Part shown: positions 63,142-64,000 of the stretch, one piece after another
How the letters are laid out: every line of letters starts with the position of its first letter
Position numbering within the stretch: the first letter of the stretch is position 1
Assembly: GCF_001194135.2 (NCBI RefSeq)
Contig: NC_069001.1
Coordinates: 32,617,539-32,681,538 of the forward strand
Direction: 5' to 3'
Length of the DNA: 64,000 bases
From: Octopus bimaculoides
Lineage: Eukaryota
Program-made: the position numbers and the translations under genes
Notes under the pieces: generated by a model
What the model saw: only the letters and a program-made list of their open reading frames with translations
Told to the model about the DNA's origin: nothing
Databases searched by the model: none

Positions 63142-63304
63142 GTGTTTTGTGTTGAAATCAGTTGTTGTATCAGAATTTCGAATTCGACCCTTTATTTGAT
63201 CTACAGGGCTACAGAGAATGGAACGAGAACACTGTACTCCTGTAGATCAAATAAAGTGTAAGGACTGAAATTCAAACGCAACGACAGATTTCAACGCAAG
63301 ACAC
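63142..63304 (+). other. 163-nt imperfect hairpin (73-nt arms, 17-nt loop)
   Basis: Gapless inverted alignment of 63142-63214 with 63232-63304, including a perfect 18-bp core ctttatttgatctacagg/cctgtagatcaaataaag. Confidence 0.85.
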
Positions 63305-63361
63305 CCGAAGGAGCCTAGAACATACAACTGCTGAAACATAGTGAAAGTTAGCAGTGATAGG

Positions 63362-63752
63362 CGTAGGAGTGGCTGTGTGGTAAGTAGCTTGCTTACCAAC
63401 CACATGGTTCCGGGTTCAGTCCCACTGCATGGCACCTTGGGCAAGTGTCTTCTACTATAGCCTCGGGCCAACCAAAGCCTTGTGAGTGGATTTGGTAGAC
63501 GGAAACTGAAAGAAGCCCGTCGTATATATGTATGTATATATATATATGTATGTGTGTGTCTGTTTGTCCCCCCAACATCGCTTGACAACCGATGCTGGTG
63601 TGTTTACGTCCCTGTAACTTAGCGGTTCGGCAAAAGGAGACCGATAGAATAAGTACTAGGCTTACAAAGAATAAGTCCTGGGGTCGATTTGCTCGACTAA
63701 AGGCGGTGCTCCAGCATGGCCACAGTCAAATGACTGAAACAAGTAAAAGAGA
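63362..63752 (+). mobile_element. Near full-length tRNA-derived SINE, the most abundant family in the window
   Basis: A/B-box head (gtggctgtgtggt...ggttcagtccc), internal (TA/TG)n and atgactgaaacaagtaaaaga tail; other copies near 322-660, 6130-6400, 23010-23345, 25010-25310, 47110-47450 and 55960-56520. Confidence 0.88.
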
Positions 63753-63849
63753 GTAAAGAGTCAAGATGAGGTTATCAATCCGATTAATATAAACAGTAGA
63801 CATAATATAAATTCTCCATCTCAGGAATATAGAATTGTATTCTACCTTG

Positions 63850-64000
63850 TGCTACGTTTTCAGTTCACGTTTTGTTTCTATGGGATTCATTTTAAGACCT
63901 GCTGAGCTATGGGTATCCAGCTCTGTCAGCATGGTTCACAGATTATTTGTGGTCTCAGTGATGACTATGATGTCGTCTGCAAATTTGAGGTGTGTTAGTA
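63850..64000 (-). mobile_element. RTE-type LINE reverse-transcriptase remnant
   Basis: Minus strand reads LTHLKFADDIIVITETTNNL*TMLTELDTHSSAGLKMNPIETK (FADD and GLKMN..TK motifs, internal stop). Confidence 0.85.

Noticed and set aside
63235-63256. Resemblance of uacuccuguagauc to miR-10
   Set aside because: Seed is shifted, the 3' half differs, and it lies on the 3' arm outside a Hox context; probably coincidental

Overview
AT-rich, microsatellite- and SINE-dense eukaryotic draft scaffold with several N gaps. The repeat families and zinc-finger gene style point to a cephalopod, most likely Octopus (inference). Four protein-coding genes are supported. (1) The 3' part of an epsin gene on + (six phase-consistent exons, 2370-32363: two UIMs, five DPW motifs, a clathrin-box-like LVNLD, three NPF motifs, C-terminal NPFL*), plus two candidate symmetric cassette exons; the ENTH exons lie upstream of the window. 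(2, 3) Two tandem, paralogous, KRAB-less C2H2 zinc-finger genes on - (42727-44346 and 50888-52396), each with 17 fingers in one coding exon. (4) A FLASH/CASP8AP2-like histone pre-mRNA processing gene on + (57853-62046: LDLY motif, coiled coil, ARS2-binding-like LESGEIVSD), head-to-head with the second ZNF. The non-coding space holds tRNA-derived SINEs, hAT, piggyBac-like and mariner MITEs, and remnants of RTE, R4/Dong, Penelope and mariner elements. The most unusual structures are a 579-bp foldback MITE built around inverted telomeric repeats, a 25-bp element shared upstream of both ZNFs, in-frame relic fingers behind both ZNF TGA stops, and several long hairpins. All calls come from manual reading; no database searches were run.
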